NCBI GenBank assembly: GCA_049840735.1
Contig: JASGJN010000017.1
Coordinates: forward strand, 96,001-160,000
DNA length: 64,000 bases
From: Anaeromyxobacter sp.
GTDB taxonomy: Bacteria; Myxococcota; Myxococcia; Myxococcales; Anaeromyxobacteraceae
Direction: 5' to 3'
Positions 1 to 12,440 of the stretch are shown here, piece after piece. The notes below the pieces were generated by a model that worked only from the letters and a program-made list of their open reading frames with translations, did no database searches and was not told the DNA's origin. The position numbers and the translations under genes are program-made. Numbering within the stretch: the stretch's first letter is position 1; each line of letters begins with the position of its first letter.

Positions 1-178
1 GCGCGCCCGGGGCGTTGTGGACGCCCAGGATGCGGGTGCGGGTGGTCTGGGGACGGGGCGAGACGATGGCCACGTGCTCGCCGAGGATCCGGTTGAGCAG
101 CGTGGACTTGCCCACGTTGGGCCGTCCCACCAGCGCCACGAAGCCGGCGCGGATTGGGAGCTTCTTCTTGCGTGCCAT
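1..178 (-). CDS. era: GTPase Era, N-terminal part (runs off the window edge)
   Basis: Manual translation from ATG at 178: [52 protein letters not shown], with the Era G1 (GRPNVGKS) and G2 (PQTTR) motifs. Not in the ORF track. Confidence 0.95.
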   Translation of the reverse strand, partial: MARKKKLPIRAGFVALVGRPNVGKSTLLNRILGEHVAIVSPRPQTTRTRILGVHNAPGA

Positions 179-247
179 GGAGGTGATCGCGCCCGCTCCG
201 GCCGTGGCCGGGCGGGCGCCTGGGTTCGGCGGCGGGCCCTCGAGGGG

Positions 248-748
248 CTAGCCGCGGGTGATGACGACCTTGTCCAGCTTGACCTTGGCGTTTCCGGTCC
301 GGGCGATCTTGGCGATCAGCTCCAGCCCCTTCACGACCTCGCCGAAGATGGTGTGGCCGCGGTTGAGGTGCGGCGTCGGCACCTCGGTGATGAAGAACTG
401 CGAGCCGTTGGTGTTGGGGCCGGAGTTGGCCATGGCGAGCAGGCCGGGCCGGTTGAACTGGTTGTCCGGGCCGATCTCGTCGGCGAAGCGGTAGCCGGGG
501 CTGCCGGTGCCGGTGCCGGTGGGATCGCCGCCCTGGATCATGAACTCCGGGATGACGCGGTGGAAGAGGGTGCCGTCGTAGAGCGGCACGCCCTTCCTGG
601 CCGACCCGTCGCGCGGGTCGCGCCACTCCTTGGTGCCCTCGGCCAGGCCGACGAAGTTCTCGACCGTCTTCGGGGCCTTCTCGGGCAAGAGGTTCACGAC
701 GATCTCGCCGAGCGAGGTCTGGAAGGTGGCGGTGATGTTCTCGGCCAT
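248..748 (-). CDS. Cyclophilin-type peptidyl-prolyl cis-trans isomerase (cytoplasmic)
   Basis: FHRVIPEFMIQGGDP, LAMANSGPNTNGSQFFIT and HTIFG motifs. Confidence 0.95.
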   Translation of the reverse strand: MAENITATFQTSLGEIVVNLLPEKAPKTVENFVGLAEGTKEWRDPRDGSARKGVPLYDGTLFHRVIPEFMIQGGDPTGTGTGSPGYRFADEIGPDNQFNRPGLLAMANSGPNTNGSQFFITEVPTPHLNRGHTIFGEVVKGLELIAKIARTGNAKVKLDKVVITRG

Positions 749-809
749 GGGGTGCTCCTGGTGCGGGCGCTGCGGCCCGGCGTTCCGCTCGGCTCGCGAG
801 CGGGTGGGA

Positions 810-1478
810 CTACTTGCAGGTGGGCGGCTCCGACTGGATGGTCACCTTCTCCAGGCGGGTCTGGGCGTTCCCGCCCTTGGCGATCAGGTGGACCAGGTCG
901 CAGCCGCAGACGCCCTTGCCGAACCGCGTGTAACCGCACGCGCCGCTGGGCGAGTTGCAGGGGCGCGGCTCGAGCTGGGGGACCTGGTTGCCGGCCCCCT
1001 CGGTGATGAAGAACTGCGAGCCGTTGGTGTTGGGGCCGGAGTTGGCCATGGCCAGCACACAGGGCTTGTCGAACAGGATCGTGCCGGGCTTGGGCAGCTC
1101 GTCGGCGAACTTGTAGCCGGGCCCGGACATGCCGTACGTCACGCCGCCGGCGGCGCTGGACCCCAGCGGCTGGCTGCGGGTGACCGGGTCGCCGCCCTGG
1201 ATCATGAAGCCCATGATCACGCGGTGGAAGAGCGTGCCGTCGAAGTAGGCGCCCTTCTTCTGCTCGCCGGTGAGCGGGTCGCGGTAGGCCTTCTTGCCGG
1301 TGGCCAGCTCCACGAAGTTGGCCACGGTCTTGGGGGCCTCCTGCGGGAGGAGCTGCACGCCGATGGTCCCCTTGGACGTCTTGAAGACGGCGTACACGGG
1401 CTTGCCGTCCGCGGCGAAGGCGGCGGCGGGGGCGGCGAGGCAAAGCGCTGCGGTGAGCAGGATGGCCGGTCTCGTCAT
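810..1478 (-). CDS. Exported cyclophilin-type PPIase
   Basis: Signal peptide ending AAAFA; FHRVIMGFMIQGGDP and AMANSGPNTNGSQFFIT motifs. Confidence 0.92.
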   Translation of the reverse strand: MTRPAILLTAALCLAAPAAAFAADGKPVYAVFKTSKGTIGVQLLPQEAPKTVANFVELATGKKAYRDPLTGEQKKGAYFDGTLFHRVIMGFMIQGGDPVTRSQPLGSSAAGGVTYGMSGPGYKFADELPKPGTILFDKPCVLAMANSGPNTNGSQFFITEGAGNQVPQLEPRPCNSPSGACGYTRFGKGVCGCDLVHLIAKGGNAQTRLEKVTIQSEPPTCK

Positions 1479-1526
1479 GCGGCGGGATGCTAGTCGGGCC
1501 CCCCCGGGGCGGCAAATGGAAACGGC

Positions 1527-2594
1527 TCAGCGCTTGCGGCGCCGCCCCGCGGGGGCCGCCTTGGACCGGGCCTTGGCGGGATGTGCCCGCGCCGGCTTGG
1601 TGCGCGCCGCCGGCTTGCGGGTGCGCTTGGGCCGCGGGGCGGCGGCCTGCTCCGGCTCCCCGGCGGGCGCCTCCTGGGCAGCCGCGCTGGGCGCCGGGTC
1701 GGCGGCGACCGGCGCCTCGACGCGCGGCGCCTCGGCCGGCGCCGCGACGGATGGCGCGGGGGATGGCGCGGGGGCAGGCGGCGGCGCCAGCGAGGCGGCG
1801 GGCAGCGGGAAGGGCTCGGCGGGGGGCGGCGCGGCCTCGGCGAAGCGGCGCCCCAGGGCCTCGATGGCCAGCTTCGCGGCGGCCTGCTCGGCGTCCTTCT
1901 TCGAGCGGCCCACGCCGCGCCCCAGCACCTCGCCGCGGAGATCGACCTCCACCTCGAAGGTCTTGGAGTGGTCCGGGCCGTGCTCGGCCACCACGCGGTA
2001 GCGCGGGGAGGCCCGCATCCGGCTCTGCGCCAGCTCCTGGAGCTGGGTCTTGAAGTCGCGGTCCAGCGTGCCGGCGGCGGCGCGGGCGCAGGCCTCGCCC
2101 AGGAAGCGGTCGATGAGCGCGAAGACCGGCGGCAGCCCGGCGCCGAGGAACAGCGAGGCGATCACCGCCTCCATGGCGTCGGCCAGCAGCGAGGGCTTCT
2201 CCCGCCCACCGGTCAGCTCCTCGCCGCGCCCGAGCCGGAGCAGCGGCCCCAGGTCGAGCGCGCGGGCCATCTCGCAGAGCCCCTGCTCATCCACCACCGC
2301 GGCGCGCATCTTGGAGAGCTCGCCCTCGCGCGCGGCCGGGAACTGCTCCATCAGGCGGTGCGAGACGGCCAGGTCGATGACCGCGTCGCCCAGGAACTCC
2401 AGCCGCTCGTTGTCCTGCAGGCCGGGGTCGTCCTTGTGCTCGTTGACGTAGGACTTGTGCGTCAGCGCCGCGAGCGCCATGCCCCGCGCCACGACCGGCA
2501 TGGCCAGCCGCTGCTCCAGCGCCACGACCGGATCGACCGGGCCGCCCGCCAGGCGACCGCCGCCCGCGCCAGGTGACGCGCCCTCGCCGCTCAT
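1527..2594 (-). CDS. rnc: Ribonuclease III with Pro/Ala/Lys-rich C-terminal tail
   Basis: NERLEFLGDAV signature, LLADAMEA, dsRBD (DFKTQLQE...GRSKKDAEQAAA). ATG at 2594 overlaps the meaB stop. Confidence 0.95.
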   Translation of the reverse strand: MSGEGASPGAGGGRLAGGPVDPVVALEQRLAMPVVARGMALAALTHKSYVNEHKDDPGLQDNERLEFLGDAVIDLAVSHRLMEQFPAAREGELSKMRAAVVDEQGLCEMARALDLGPLLRLGRGEELTGGREKPSLLADAMEAVIASLFLGAGLPPVFALIDRFLGEACARAAAGTLDRDFKTQLQELAQSRMRASPRYRVVAEHGPDHSKTFEVEVDLRGEVLGRGVGRSKKDAEQAAAKLAIEALGRRFAEAAPPPAEPFPLPAASLAPPPAPAPSPAPSVAAPAEAPRVEAPVAADPAPSAAAQEAPAGEPEQAAAPRPKRTRKPAARTKPARAHPAKARSKAAPAGRRRKR

Positions 2595-3625
2595 CTGGAC
2601 TCCGCGTGGGCGCGCAGGCGCGAGGCCAGCTCCTCCGCCAGGCCGTAGGGGTCGGCCTCGCGCGCCGCGATGCGCGCGGCCACCGCGTCGAGCCGTCCCA
2701 TCTCCTCCTCCAGCCGCGCCAGCGCGCCGGCCAGCAGCCGCTCGCGCAGCACGGTCACGAAGACGGCCCGGGCCCGCTCCACCGCCCGCCGCTGCCCCTC
2801 GGCCGTGGAGGCCAGGAGATCGCGGTGCCGCTCGAGCGCGGCCACCAGGTCGTCCACGCCCTGGTCCCTGACCGCCACCGTCCGCACGATGGGCGGCTCC
2901 CACTCGCCGGGCGGCGGGGCGCCCTCGCCCTCCCCGTCCATGCGGTGGTCCGCGTCGTGCTCGAGCGGTCGGCCCAGCACCTGCCGGCGCAGCTCCAGCA
3001 TGACCTGCAGGTCGCGCACGGTCCGGTCGGCGCCGTCGCGGTCGGCCTTGTTGACGGCGAAGACGTCGGCGATCTCCAGCACGCCGGCCTTGATGGCCTG
3101 CACGTCGTCGCCCAGGCCGGGCACGGTGACCACCACGGTGGTCTGCGCCAGCGAGGCGATCTCAATCTCGTCCTGGCCGACGCCCACCGTCTCGACCAGC
3201 ACCACGTCCTTGCCCATGGCGTCCATCACCGCGACCAGCTCGGCGGTGGAGCGCGACAGGCCGCCCAGGTGGCCGCGGGTGCCCAGCGAGCGGATGAACA
3301 CGCCCTCGTCGGTGGCGTGCTCCTGCATGCGGATCCGGTCGCCCAGGATGGCGCCGCCGGTGAACGGGCTGGACGGGTCCACGGCGATCACGCCCACCGT
3401 CTTCCCCTGCCTGCGCAGGTGGGCGATGAGCCGGTCGGTGAGCGACGACTTGCCGGCGCCGGGGGCGCCGGTCAGGCCGATCACCCAGGCCTTGCCGGTG
3501 TGGGGAAAGAGCTCGCGCAGCACGGCCTCGGCGCCGGGGAGCCGGTCGTCGAGGTCGCGCATCAGGCGGGCGGCGGCCCGCACGTCGCCGGCGCGGACGC
3601 GCGCGGCGAGACCGTTGGTGGCCAT
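2591..3625 (-). CDS. meaB: Methylmalonyl-CoA mutase-associated GTPase MeaB (ArgK/MeaB family)
   Basis: GLTGAPGAGKS, AVDPSSPFTGGAILGDRIRM, ETVGVGQDE, VNKAD. Confidence 0.93.
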   Translation of the reverse strand: MATNGLAARVRAGDVRAAARLMRDLDDRLPGAEAVLRELFPHTGKAWVIGLTGAPGAGKSSLTDRLIAHLRRQGKTVGVIAVDPSSPFTGGAILGDRIRMQEHATDEGVFIRSLGTRGHLGGLSRSTAELVAVMDAMGKDVVLVETVGVGQDEIEIASLAQTTVVVTVPGLGDDVQAIKAGVLEIADVFAVNKADRDGADRTVRDLQVMLELRRQVLGRPLEHDADHRMDGEGEGAPPPGEWEPPIVRTVAVRDQGVDDLVAALERHRDLLASTAEGQRRAVERARAVFVTVLRERLLAGALARLEEEMGRLDAVAARIAAREADPYGLAEELASRLRAHAESR

Positions 3626-4947
3626 CAGTACGCCGCCGCCTCCGGCACGAAGTTGGCGACCAGGATGGCCGCGGACATCTTCCGCGGCGCGCCCATGGGC
3701 TGGCGCTGCCTGTCGAGCTGCCGGTAGATCACGTGTCCTTCCTGCACCTGGTCGATCTGGACGAGGAGGCGCCAGCCGCCCCGCTCCTGCGTGAAGACCG
3801 CCTCGAAGTCGGCCCGCTTCAGCACGCGGGCGGCGCCGTAGGGGCGGCCGTCGATGTCGGTCCCGACATAGCGCACCTCGTCCGGCCCCGCCTGCTCCAG
3901 CACCACGTTCATCACCCAGACCTCGCTCGGGTGGGGCAGCAGGTGGCTGGGCACCTCGCCGGCCGGGGCGCCGCCGTCGTCGGGCGCCAGCGAGACCTCC
4001 GGGGCGTCGGGCGAGACGCCCAGCGCCAGGGCCACCACGGCGCGCGTCCCGGGGAACGACGCCAGGTCGAAGCGGTCGGACCAAACGTCGCCGCTGGGGC
4101 CGATGAGCCGCCCCTTGAACCGCGTGCCCATCTCGCGCGAGGCCACGAAGCGGTAGCGGGTGTCGCCGTGCACGAACTCCTGCAGGAGCTCGAGCATGGC
4201 GTTGGGGGCCAGGATGGACTCCTCGCCGAAGACCTTGGCCAGCGTGGCCAGCGTGAGCGCGTTGCGCGGCGGCGGCGTGGCCTCGAGGTGGTGCCCGGGG
4301 GGCCCCTCGGCCCCGCGCGCGGCCGGGGCGCCGGCGGGGCTCCCCACCGACATGCGCGGCACGGCGTTGACCAGGTAGATCTCGAGGTCGGTGGGGCTCG
4401 GGTACTCGGCCAGCTGGAGCGCCGGGAACTCGGCCGCCACCTCGAAGGGCTTGCCGCCCACCGGCGCCACGCGCGAGACCCGGACGCCGTCCACGCCGCC
4501 CATGATCTCGAAGGCGTGGGTGGCGGTCTTCACCACCGCGCGCGCGACCAGCCGGTCGGGATCGACCGCGACCTCCAGCCGCAGCGCCCGCATGCGCATG
4601 GCCACGTCGCCCAGCGCCGCCGCCAGGCGGGTCAGGGCCTGCCCCACCGCGGCCTCGAGCGCGCCCAGCCGCTCGTGCTCGTAGAAGTTGAGCGGGCCGA
4701 GCGCGGAGAGCGGCGGGTCGGTGAAGCGGAGCCGGTCGTGGCCGTCCACCACGAAGCGGCCGCGCGTGACCGGCTGCCCGCCGAGCGGGTTGACGGGCCG
4801 CTGGGTGAAGGCCAGCTCGCCCTCCAGCGTCTCCCGGTCGGCGCCCAGCCGCACCGGCACGCCCAGCGCGGACAGCTTCCGCGACGCGATCTGGTTGAGC
4901 CGCTCCCGCGGGATGCGGCCGATGATGGTGTGTTCGCCTTCGGACAT
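3625..4947 (-). CDS. Hypothetical protein (440 aa)
   Basis: Long ORF with typical codon usage; stop overlaps the meaB start (TGATG). No motif recognised. Confidence 0.8.
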   Translation of the reverse strand: MSEGEHTIIGRIPRERLNQIASRKLSALGVPVRLGADRETLEGELAFTQRPVNPLGGQPVTRGRFVVDGHDRLRFTDPPLSALGPLNFYEHERLGALEAAVGQALTRLAAALGDVAMRMRALRLEVAVDPDRLVARAVVKTATHAFEIMGGVDGVRVSRVAPVGGKPFEVAAEFPALQLAEYPSPTDLEIYLVNAVPRMSVGSPAGAPAARGAEGPPGHHLEATPPPRNALTLATLAKVFGEESILAPNAMLELLQEFVHGDTRYRFVASREMGTRFKGRLIGPSGDVWSDRFDLASFPGTRAVVALALGVSPDAPEVSLAPDDGGAPAGEVPSHLLPHPSEVWVMNVVLEQAGPDEVRYVGTDIDGRPYGAARVLKRADFEAVFTQERGGWRLLVQIDQVQEGHVIYRQLDRQRQPMGAPRKMSAAILVANFVPEAAAY

Positions 4948-4959
4948 CCGGCGGAGAAT

Positions 4960-6099
4960 CTACCGCAGAATCTCCCGGGAGATGACCATCCGCTGCACCT
5001 CGCTGGTCCCTTCGCCGATCTCGGTCAGCTTGGCGTCACGAAAGTACCGCTCCACGGGGAAGTCGCGCGTGTACCCGTAGCCGCCGTGGACCTGGATGGC
5101 CCGCGACGTGGCGCGCATGGCCGCCTCGCTGGCGTAGAGCTTCGCCATGGAGGCCTCCTTCCCGAAGGGTGCGCCTGCGTCGCACAGGGCTGCGGCGCGG
5201 TGTACCAGCAGCCGGGCGGCGTCCACCTCGGTGGCCATGTCGGCCAGCATGAACTGGATGGCCTGGAACCCGGCGATGGGCTGCCCGAACGCCTTGCGCT
5301 CCCGCGCGTAGGCGCGCGCCTCCTCCAGCGCCCCCCGGCCAAGCCCCACGGCCAGGGCGCCGATCGAGATCCGGCCCCGATCGAGGATCCGGAGCGTGTC
5401 CAGGAACCCCTCCCCGACCGCGCCCAGCCGCCGGTCGTCCCCGACCTCCACCTCCTCGAGCACCAGCTCGGCGGTATCGGAGCTGCGCATCCCCAGCTTG
5501 GCGTGGATGGCCCGCTGCGTGAACCCGGGCATCCCCTTCTCCAGCACGAACGCGGTGATGCCGCGCTGCTTCCGCTCCGGGTCGCTCCGGGCCAGCACCA
5601 CGAAGGTGTCCCCCACGGTGCCCTGCGTGATGAAGGTCTTGGCGCCGTTCAGCACCCAGCCGTCGCCGCGCCGGACCGCGGTGGTCTGCATGCCGGCCGC
5701 GTCCGAGCCGCTGCCGGGCTCGGTCAGCGCCCATGCGGCGAGCCGCTGCCCGCTGGCCAGCCCCGGCAGCCAGCGCTCGCGCTGGGCGTCGCTGCCGAAG
5801 CGGAGGATGTGGCCGGTGCCCAGCCCGTTGTGGCTGGCCACCGTCAGGGCCAGCGAGCCGTCGAAGCGGGCCACCTCCTCCACCACCACGGCGGCGGCCA
5901 GCGCGCCCATGCCGGCGCCGCCCCAGGCCTCCGGGACCGTGATGCCCAGGAGCCCCATCTCGCCCAGCTGGCGCACCACCTGGTGCGGGAAGGTGCCGCC
6001 CTCGTCCCAGGCCCGGGCGTGCGGCTTCACCTCGGCCTCGCAGAAGGCCCGGACGGTCCGCTGGATCTCGCGCAGCTCCTCGGGCAGCTCGAAGTTCAT
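4960..6099 (-). CDS. Acyl-CoA dehydrogenase, probably isovaleryl-CoA dehydrogenase (LiuA-like)
   Basis: [29 protein letters not shown]; lies in the liu-type cluster. Confidence 0.9.
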   Translation of the reverse strand: MNFELPEELREIQRTVRAFCEAEVKPHARAWDEGGTFPHQVVRQLGEMGLLGITVPEAWGGAGMGALAAAVVVEEVARFDGSLALTVASHNGLGTGHILRFGSDAQRERWLPGLASGQRLAAWALTEPGSGSDAAGMQTTAVRRGDGWVLNGAKTFITQGTVGDTFVVLARSDPERKQRGITAFVLEKGMPGFTQRAIHAKLGMRSSDTAELVLEEVEVGDDRRLGAVGEGFLDTLRILDRGRISIGALAVGLGRGALEEARAYARERKAFGQPIAGFQAIQFMLADMATEVDAARLLVHRAAALCDAGAPFGKEASMAKLYASEAAMRATSRAIQVHGGYGYTRDFPVERYFRDAKLTEIGEGTSEVQRMVISREILR

Positions 6100-6112
6100 G
6101 GGGTCCTCCGGG

Positions 6113-7693
6113 TCAGACCGGGGTGATGGCGCGCTTGCGCTCGCGGGGCGGCTCGTAGCCCTCCGCCGCCACGGCGAGGCGGCGGGTGAGCTCCTCGCGC
6201 AGCGCGTGGCCGGGCACCACCGCGTCCACCACCAGCTCGCTGGCCAGCTTCAGCAGGTCGATGTCCTGGCGGTACTCCTCCCGCAGCGCGGCCACGTAGG
6301 CGGCCCGCTCGGCCTCCGGCCTCTCCTGGATCTTGTTGAAGTAGACGGCGTTCACCGCCGCCTCCGGCCCCATCACCGCGATCATGGCCTGCGGCAGCGC
6401 CAGCGTGGCGCTGGGGGCGAAGCCGGGGCCGTCCATGGCGTAGAGCCCGGCGCCGTAGGCCTTGCGGACCACCACGCACATCCGCGGCACGGTGGCCTCG
6501 GAGACGGCGCTGATCATCTTGGCGCCGGAGCGGATGATCCCCGCCCGCTCCACCTTGGTCCCGATCATGAAGCCGGGCACGTCGGCCAGGTAGAGCAGCG
6601 GCACGTTGAAGGCGTCGCAGAGCCAGATGAAGCGGGCGGCCTTGTCGGCCGAGTCCACGAAGAGCACGCCGCCCTTCACCTTGGGCTGGTTGGCGACGAT
6701 CCCCACCACCCGGCCGTCGATGCGGGCCAGGCCGGTGACCAGCTCGCCGGCCCACAGCTTCTTCACCTCCAGGAACGAGCCCTCGTCCACCACCGCCTCG
6801 ATCAGCTCCTGCACGTCGAAGGGCTTGTTCTGGTCGCGCGGCACGATCTCGGCCACGGGGCGTCCGGGGCGCGGCGGGCGGGCCGGGGCCGCGGGCGGCA
6901 GCTCGCGGTGGCTCCGCGGCAGGTAGGAGAACCAGCGGCGGGCCAGCTGCAGGGCCTCGTCCTCGGTGGCGACCAGGAAGTCGCCGCAGCCGGAGACGGC
7001 GCAGTGCATGCGGGCGCCCCCCAGCTCCTCCAGCGTGACCTTCTCGCCGATGACCATCTCGGCCATGCGCGGCGAGCCCAGGTACATGGAGGCGTTGCCC
7101 TCCACCATGACGACCACGTCGCAGAAGGCCGGGATGTACGCCCCGCCGGCGGCGGACGGGCCGAAGAGCAGGCAGATCTGCGGCACGCGGCCGGAGAGGT
7201 GCACCTCGTTGTGGAAGATGCGCCCGGCGCCGCGCCGGCCCGGGAACATTTCCACCTGGTCGGTGATGCGCGCGCCGGCCGAGTCCACCAGGTAGAAGAG
7301 CGGCAGCCGCTGCGCCGCGGCCACCTCCTGGATGCGCAGGATCTTCTCCACCGTCCGCGCGCCCCAGCTCCCGGCCTTGACGGTCGAGTCGTTGGCCATC
7401 ACCGCCACGGCGCGCCCGTCGATCCGCCCCACGCCGGTGATCACGCCGTCGGCGGGCAGCTCCGGGTCGACGGCGTTGGCCAGCGCCCCGTCCTCCACGA
7501 ACGAGCCGGGGTCGAGCAGCCGGGCCAGCCGCTCGCGCGCGAACAGCTTGCCGCTCTCGGCGTTCTTGGCGTGGTAGCGCGGCGCGCCGCCCTGCTCGAC
7601 CCGGCGCAGCGCCTCGTCGAAGCGCTGGTCGGGCGAAGCCTCGGCCGCGCGGTCGCCGCCGGCGCCGGGGCCGGCCTCCCTGGTGGTGGTCAC
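6113..7693 (-). CDS. Acyl-CoA carboxylase carboxyltransferase subunit (methylcrotonyl-CoA carboxylase beta, LiuB-like)
   Basis: [33 protein letters not shown]. Confidence 0.9.
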   Translation of the reverse strand: MTTTREAGPGAGGDRAAEASPDQRFDEALRRVEQGGAPRYHAKNAESGKLFARERLARLLDPGSFVEDGALANAVDPELPADGVITGVGRIDGRAVAVMANDSTVKAGSWGARTVEKILRIQEVAAAQRLPLFYLVDSAGARITDQVEMFPGRRGAGRIFHNEVHLSGRVPQICLLFGPSAAGGAYIPAFCDVVVMVEGNASMYLGSPRMAEMVIGEKVTLEELGGARMHCAVSGCGDFLVATEDEALQLARRWFSYLPRSHRELPPAAPARPPRPGRPVAEIVPRDQNKPFDVQELIEAVVDEGSFLEVKKLWAGELVTGLARIDGRVVGIVANQPKVKGGVLFVDSADKAARFIWLCDAFNVPLLYLADVPGFMIGTKVERAGIIRSGAKMISAVSEATVPRMCVVVRKAYGAGLYAMDGPGFAPSATLALPQAMIAVMGPEAAVNAVYFNKIQERPEAERAAYVAALREEYRQDIDLLKLASELVVDAVVPGHALREELTRRLAVAAEGYEPPRERKRAITPV

Positions 7694-7700
7694 TCGAGCC

Positions 7701-8477
7701 TCACTCTCCGGTGAAGACCGGCGGCCGCTTCTCCGCGAAGGCGCGCAGCGCCTCGGTCCGATCGCGCGTGCCCAGGCACGCCTGGTACAGCTGGTGCTCC
7801 AGCGCCAGCGCCTCCTCCAGCGGCAGGTGGAAGGCGCCGTCCACGGCCCGCTTGGCCTGGCGCAGCGAGATGGGGGCGTTGCGGGCGATCCGCTCGGCCA
7901 GCGCCAGCGCGTCGGGCACCAGCCGCTGCGGCGGGGCCAGCTGGGTCACCAGCCCCATGGCCAGCGCCTCGGCGGCGCCGGCGCGGCGCGCGGTCAGGAT
8001 CAGCGCCTTGGCTTGGGCCACGCCCACCAGCCGCGCCAGCCGCACGGTGCCGCCGCCGCCGGGGATGATGCCCAGCGAGACCTCCGGCAGCCCGAGCTGG
8101 GCCGCGTCGGAGGCGATGCGCAGGTCGCAGGCCAGCGCCAGCTCCAGCCCGCCCCCCAGCGCCGCCCCGTTGAGCGCGGCCACGAAGACCTGCGGCGCCT
8201 GCTCGATGGCCCGCAGCGCGTCGCGCAGCCCGCGGTGGAAGGCGTGCACCTCCGCCTCGGCCATCCGCGCCCGCTCCTTGAGGTCGGCCCCGGCGCAGAA
8301 GGCCTTGTCGCCCGCGCCGGTGATCACCACGCAGCGCAGGTCGCGGTCGCCGGCGGCCCGCGCCATGAGCTCGTCCAGCTCGCGCAGCATGGCCTGCGAG
8401 ATGGCGTTGCGCCGGTCCTCGCCGTCGATGGTCCAGAGCTCGACGTTGCCCTGCCGCTCCACCCTGAACTCGGCCAT
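7701..8477 (-). CDS. Enoyl-CoA hydratase (methylglutaconyl-CoA hydratase, LiuC-like)
   Basis: [38 protein letters not shown]; start MAEFRV at 8477. Confidence 0.9.
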   Translation of the reverse strand: MAEFRVERQGNVELWTIDGEDRRNAISQAMLRELDELMARAAGDRDLRCVVITGAGDKAFCAGADLKERARMAEAEVHAFHRGLRDALRAIEQAPQVFVAALNGAALGGGLELALACDLRIASDAAQLGLPEVSLGIIPGGGGTVRLARLVGVAQAKALILTARRAGAAEALAMGLVTQLAPPQRLVPDALALAERIARNAPISLRQAKRAVDGAFHLPLEEALALEHQLYQACLGTRDRTEALRAFAEKRPPVFTGE

Positions 8478-8487
8478 GCGTGCTCTC

Positions 8488-9426
8488 CTAGGTCGCCGCC
8501 GCAGCGGCCTGCCCTGCCAGCGCGGCCTGCAGCGCCTTGCCCGGCAGCCGCCGCGCCACCAGCCGCTGCGCCAGCGCGCCGGCCGCCACCAGCCGGTCCC
8601 AGTCCACGCCGGTCTCGAGCCCCATGCCGTGGAGCAGGTAGACCAGGTCCTCGGTGGCCAGGTTGCCGGAGGCGCCCGGCGCATAGGGGCAGCCGCCCAG
8701 GCCGCCCACTGCCGAGTCGAAGGTGGTGATCCCGGCCTCCAGCGCCACCACTACGTTGGCGAGCGCGGTCCCGCGGGTGTCGTGGAGGTGGAGCGCCAGC
8801 TGCTCCGGCCTGGCCCGTTGCAGGGCGGCCGCCACGATGCGGCGGGTCTGGTTGGGGGTGCCCACGCCGATGGTGTCGCCCAGCGACACCTGGTGGCAGC
8901 CCAGCGACAGCAGCCGCGCAGCGATCTCCACCGCCCGCCCCTCGTCCACGCGCCCCTCGTAGGGGCAGCCCCAGACCGTGGAGACGTAGCCGCGGACCTC
9001 CAGCCCGGCGGCGAGCGCCGCCGGCACCACCGTGGCCAGCTCGGCCAGCGTCTCGTCGATCCCCCTGTTGACGTTCTTGCGGCAGTGCGTCTCGGACGCG
9101 GAGAGGAAGACGGCCGCGGCGACCGGCGGATGGCCAGGACCGGCCTGCGCCAGCGCCCCCTGCAGCCGCTCCAGGCCGCGGGTGTTCGGGACCAGCACCA
9201 CGTACGAGAGGCCCGGGCGCGCCGGCAGCGCGGCCGTCACCTCGGCGGCGTCGGCCAGCTGCGGAATCCACCTGGGCGAGACGAAGCTGGTGGCCTCGAT
9301 GCGCGGCAGCCCGGACGCCGAAAGCGCCTGGATCAGCGCCAGCTTTTCCGACGTGGCGAGCGCGGTGGCCTCGTTCTGCAGGCCATCGCGCGGGCCCACC
9401 TCGTAGACCGTGATCCTGGGCGGCAT
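8488..9426 (-). CDS. Hydroxymethylglutaryl-CoA lyase
   Basis: [35 protein letters not shown]. Confidence 0.93.
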   Translation of the reverse strand: MPPRITVYEVGPRDGLQNEATALATSEKLALIQALSASGLPRIEATSFVSPRWIPQLADAAEVTAALPARPGLSYVVLVPNTRGLERLQGALAQAGPGHPPVAAAVFLSASETHCRKNVNRGIDETLAELATVVPAALAAGLEVRGYVSTVWGCPYEGRVDEGRAVEIAARLLSLGCHQVSLGDTIGVGTPNQTRRIVAAALQRARPEQLALHLHDTRGTALANVVVALEAGITTFDSAVGGLGGCPYAPGASGNLATEDLVYLLHGMGLETGVDWDRLVAAGALAQRLVARRLPGKALQAALAGQAAAAAT

Positions 9427-9438
9427 CGGGCCGGATCA

Positions 9439-10866
<1,428 letters not shown>

Positions 10867-11057
10867 TCACCTGCCCGCCGCTGGAGGGAACGGCAAGCTA
10901 GTGAGGGCACCCCAGGCTGTCAATTTGCTGGGGCAACGGGACGCGGCGTTCCCGCACCCCGCCGGGATCGCGCGCTGCGGCGCGGCGTGAAAGGTCCTTG
11001 CTCGCGGCGCCCCGTCGGTGGAAGAACGTCGGGCACTCGCGCGCGCACAGGAGCCCC

Positions 11058-12398
11058 ATGACCACCGAAGCCACCGCCGTCCCCACCGCCGAAGCGCCGC
11101 TGACGCTGCTGGAGCAGCCGCCGCGGCCGCTGGGGCTGGCCGACCAGGCCGTGCTCTGGGGCAACCTGGGCATCACGCTCACCATCCCGGTGGCGGCGGC
11201 CTTCGTGCTGCAGCCGGTGGCCGGCGCCGAGCCGCTCACCCTGGCTGCGGCGGTGACGGCGGTGCTGGTGGGCGTGGGGCTGGGCACGCTGGTGCTGGCG
11301 CTCGCGGCGGTGCCGGGCGCGGAGACGGGCGCGCCGGCGATGGTGCTGCTGCGCGGCCTGGTGGGCGCCCGCGGCTCCTGGGTGCCGACGGCGCTCAATC
11401 TCGCGCAGTGCGTGGGGTGGGCCGCGGTGGAGGTCTTCGTGATCGCCCAGGGCGCCTCGCGGCTCCTGCCAGGCGTGCCTCGGCCCATCTTCGTGCTGGC
11501 GGCCGGCGCGGTGGCGACGCTGCTGGCGCTCTGGCCGCTGGGGTTCGTGCGCCGGCTGCGGCGCTACGCGGTCTGGCTGGTGCTGGCGGCCACGGCGGTG
11601 CTGTTCGTGGAGGTGCTGCGCCGGGGCGTGGTGGCGCCGCAGGGCGGTTCCTGGCGCCAGTTCTGGCTGGCGGTGGACGTGGTGGTGGCGCTCCCCATCT
11701 CCTGGGCGCCGCTGGCGGCCGACTACGCCCGCCACTCCCGCACGCCCGGGGCGGCCTTCGGCGGCGCGATGGGAGGCTTCTCGCTGGCGGCGGCGGCCTA
11801 CTTCCTGCTGGGCGTCTTCGCAATCACCGCCTCGCCGGAGGCCGGCGCCGATCCCATGGCCGCGCTGCTGGCGCTGCCGGCCGGCGCGGTGGCGCTGGCC
11901 ATCCTGGTGGTGGACGAGATCGACGAGGCCTTCGCCAACCTGTACTCGACCGCCGTCTCGGCCCAGAACTTCCGACCGTCGCTGGACCGCCGGGCGGTGG
12001 CCGTGGCGGTGGGCGTGCTCGCCACGCTGCTCGCCCTGGGCACCGAGATCGTCCAGTACGAGGGGTTCCTGTTCCTGCTGGGCTCGGTCTTCGTGCCGCT
12101 CTACGCGGTGCTGCTGGTGGACTACTTCCTGCTGCGTCGCCGCCGCTGGGACGTGGGCGACCAGGCGCCGCCGCGCCCCCTGATGATGCTCCCGTGGCTG
12201 GCGGGCTTCGTGGCCTACCAGCTCCTCAACCCCGGCAGCGTGCCCTGGTGGTCGGAGGTCTGGCAGCGCGCCCAGGGCGCGCTGCACGTCGCCCCGCCCA
12301 GCTGGCTGTCGGCGTCGATCACATCGTTCGTGGTCGCGGCGCTCGCGACGCTGCTGGTGGCGCCGCTGGAGGGGAAGCGGGCGGCGGCGCAGCGCTGA
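11058..12398 (+). CDS. NCS1-family transporter, probably hydroxymethylpyrimidine transporter CytX-like
   Basis: About 12 hydrophobic segments, ISWAPLAADYAR and ANLYS motifs; divergent from thiC. Confidence 0.8.
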   Translation: MTTEATAVPTAEAPLTLLEQPPRPLGLADQAVLWGNLGITLTIPVAAAFVLQPVAGAEPLTLAAAVTAVLVGVGLGTLVLALAAVPGAETGAPAMVLLRGLVGARGSWVPTALNLAQCVGWAAVEVFVIAQGASRLLPGVPRPIFVLAAGAVATLLALWPLGFVRRLRRYAVWLVLAATAVLFVEVLRRGVVAPQGGSWRQFWLAVDVVVALPISWAPLAADYARHSRTPGAAFGGAMGGFSLAAAAYFLLGVFAITASPEAGADPMAALLALPAGAVALAILVVDEIDEAFANLYSTAVSAQNFRPSLDRRAVAVAVGVLATLLALGTEIVQYEGFLFLLGSVFVPLYAVLLVDYFLLRRRRWDVGDQAPPRPLMMLPWLAGFVAYQLLNPGSVPWWSEVWQRAQGALHVAPPSWLSASITSFVVAALATLLVAPLEGKRAAAQR

Positions 12399-12440
12399 GG
12401 AGTGGCGCCTGGGAACCGGGTCCCGGCCGCCGAACCCCGC

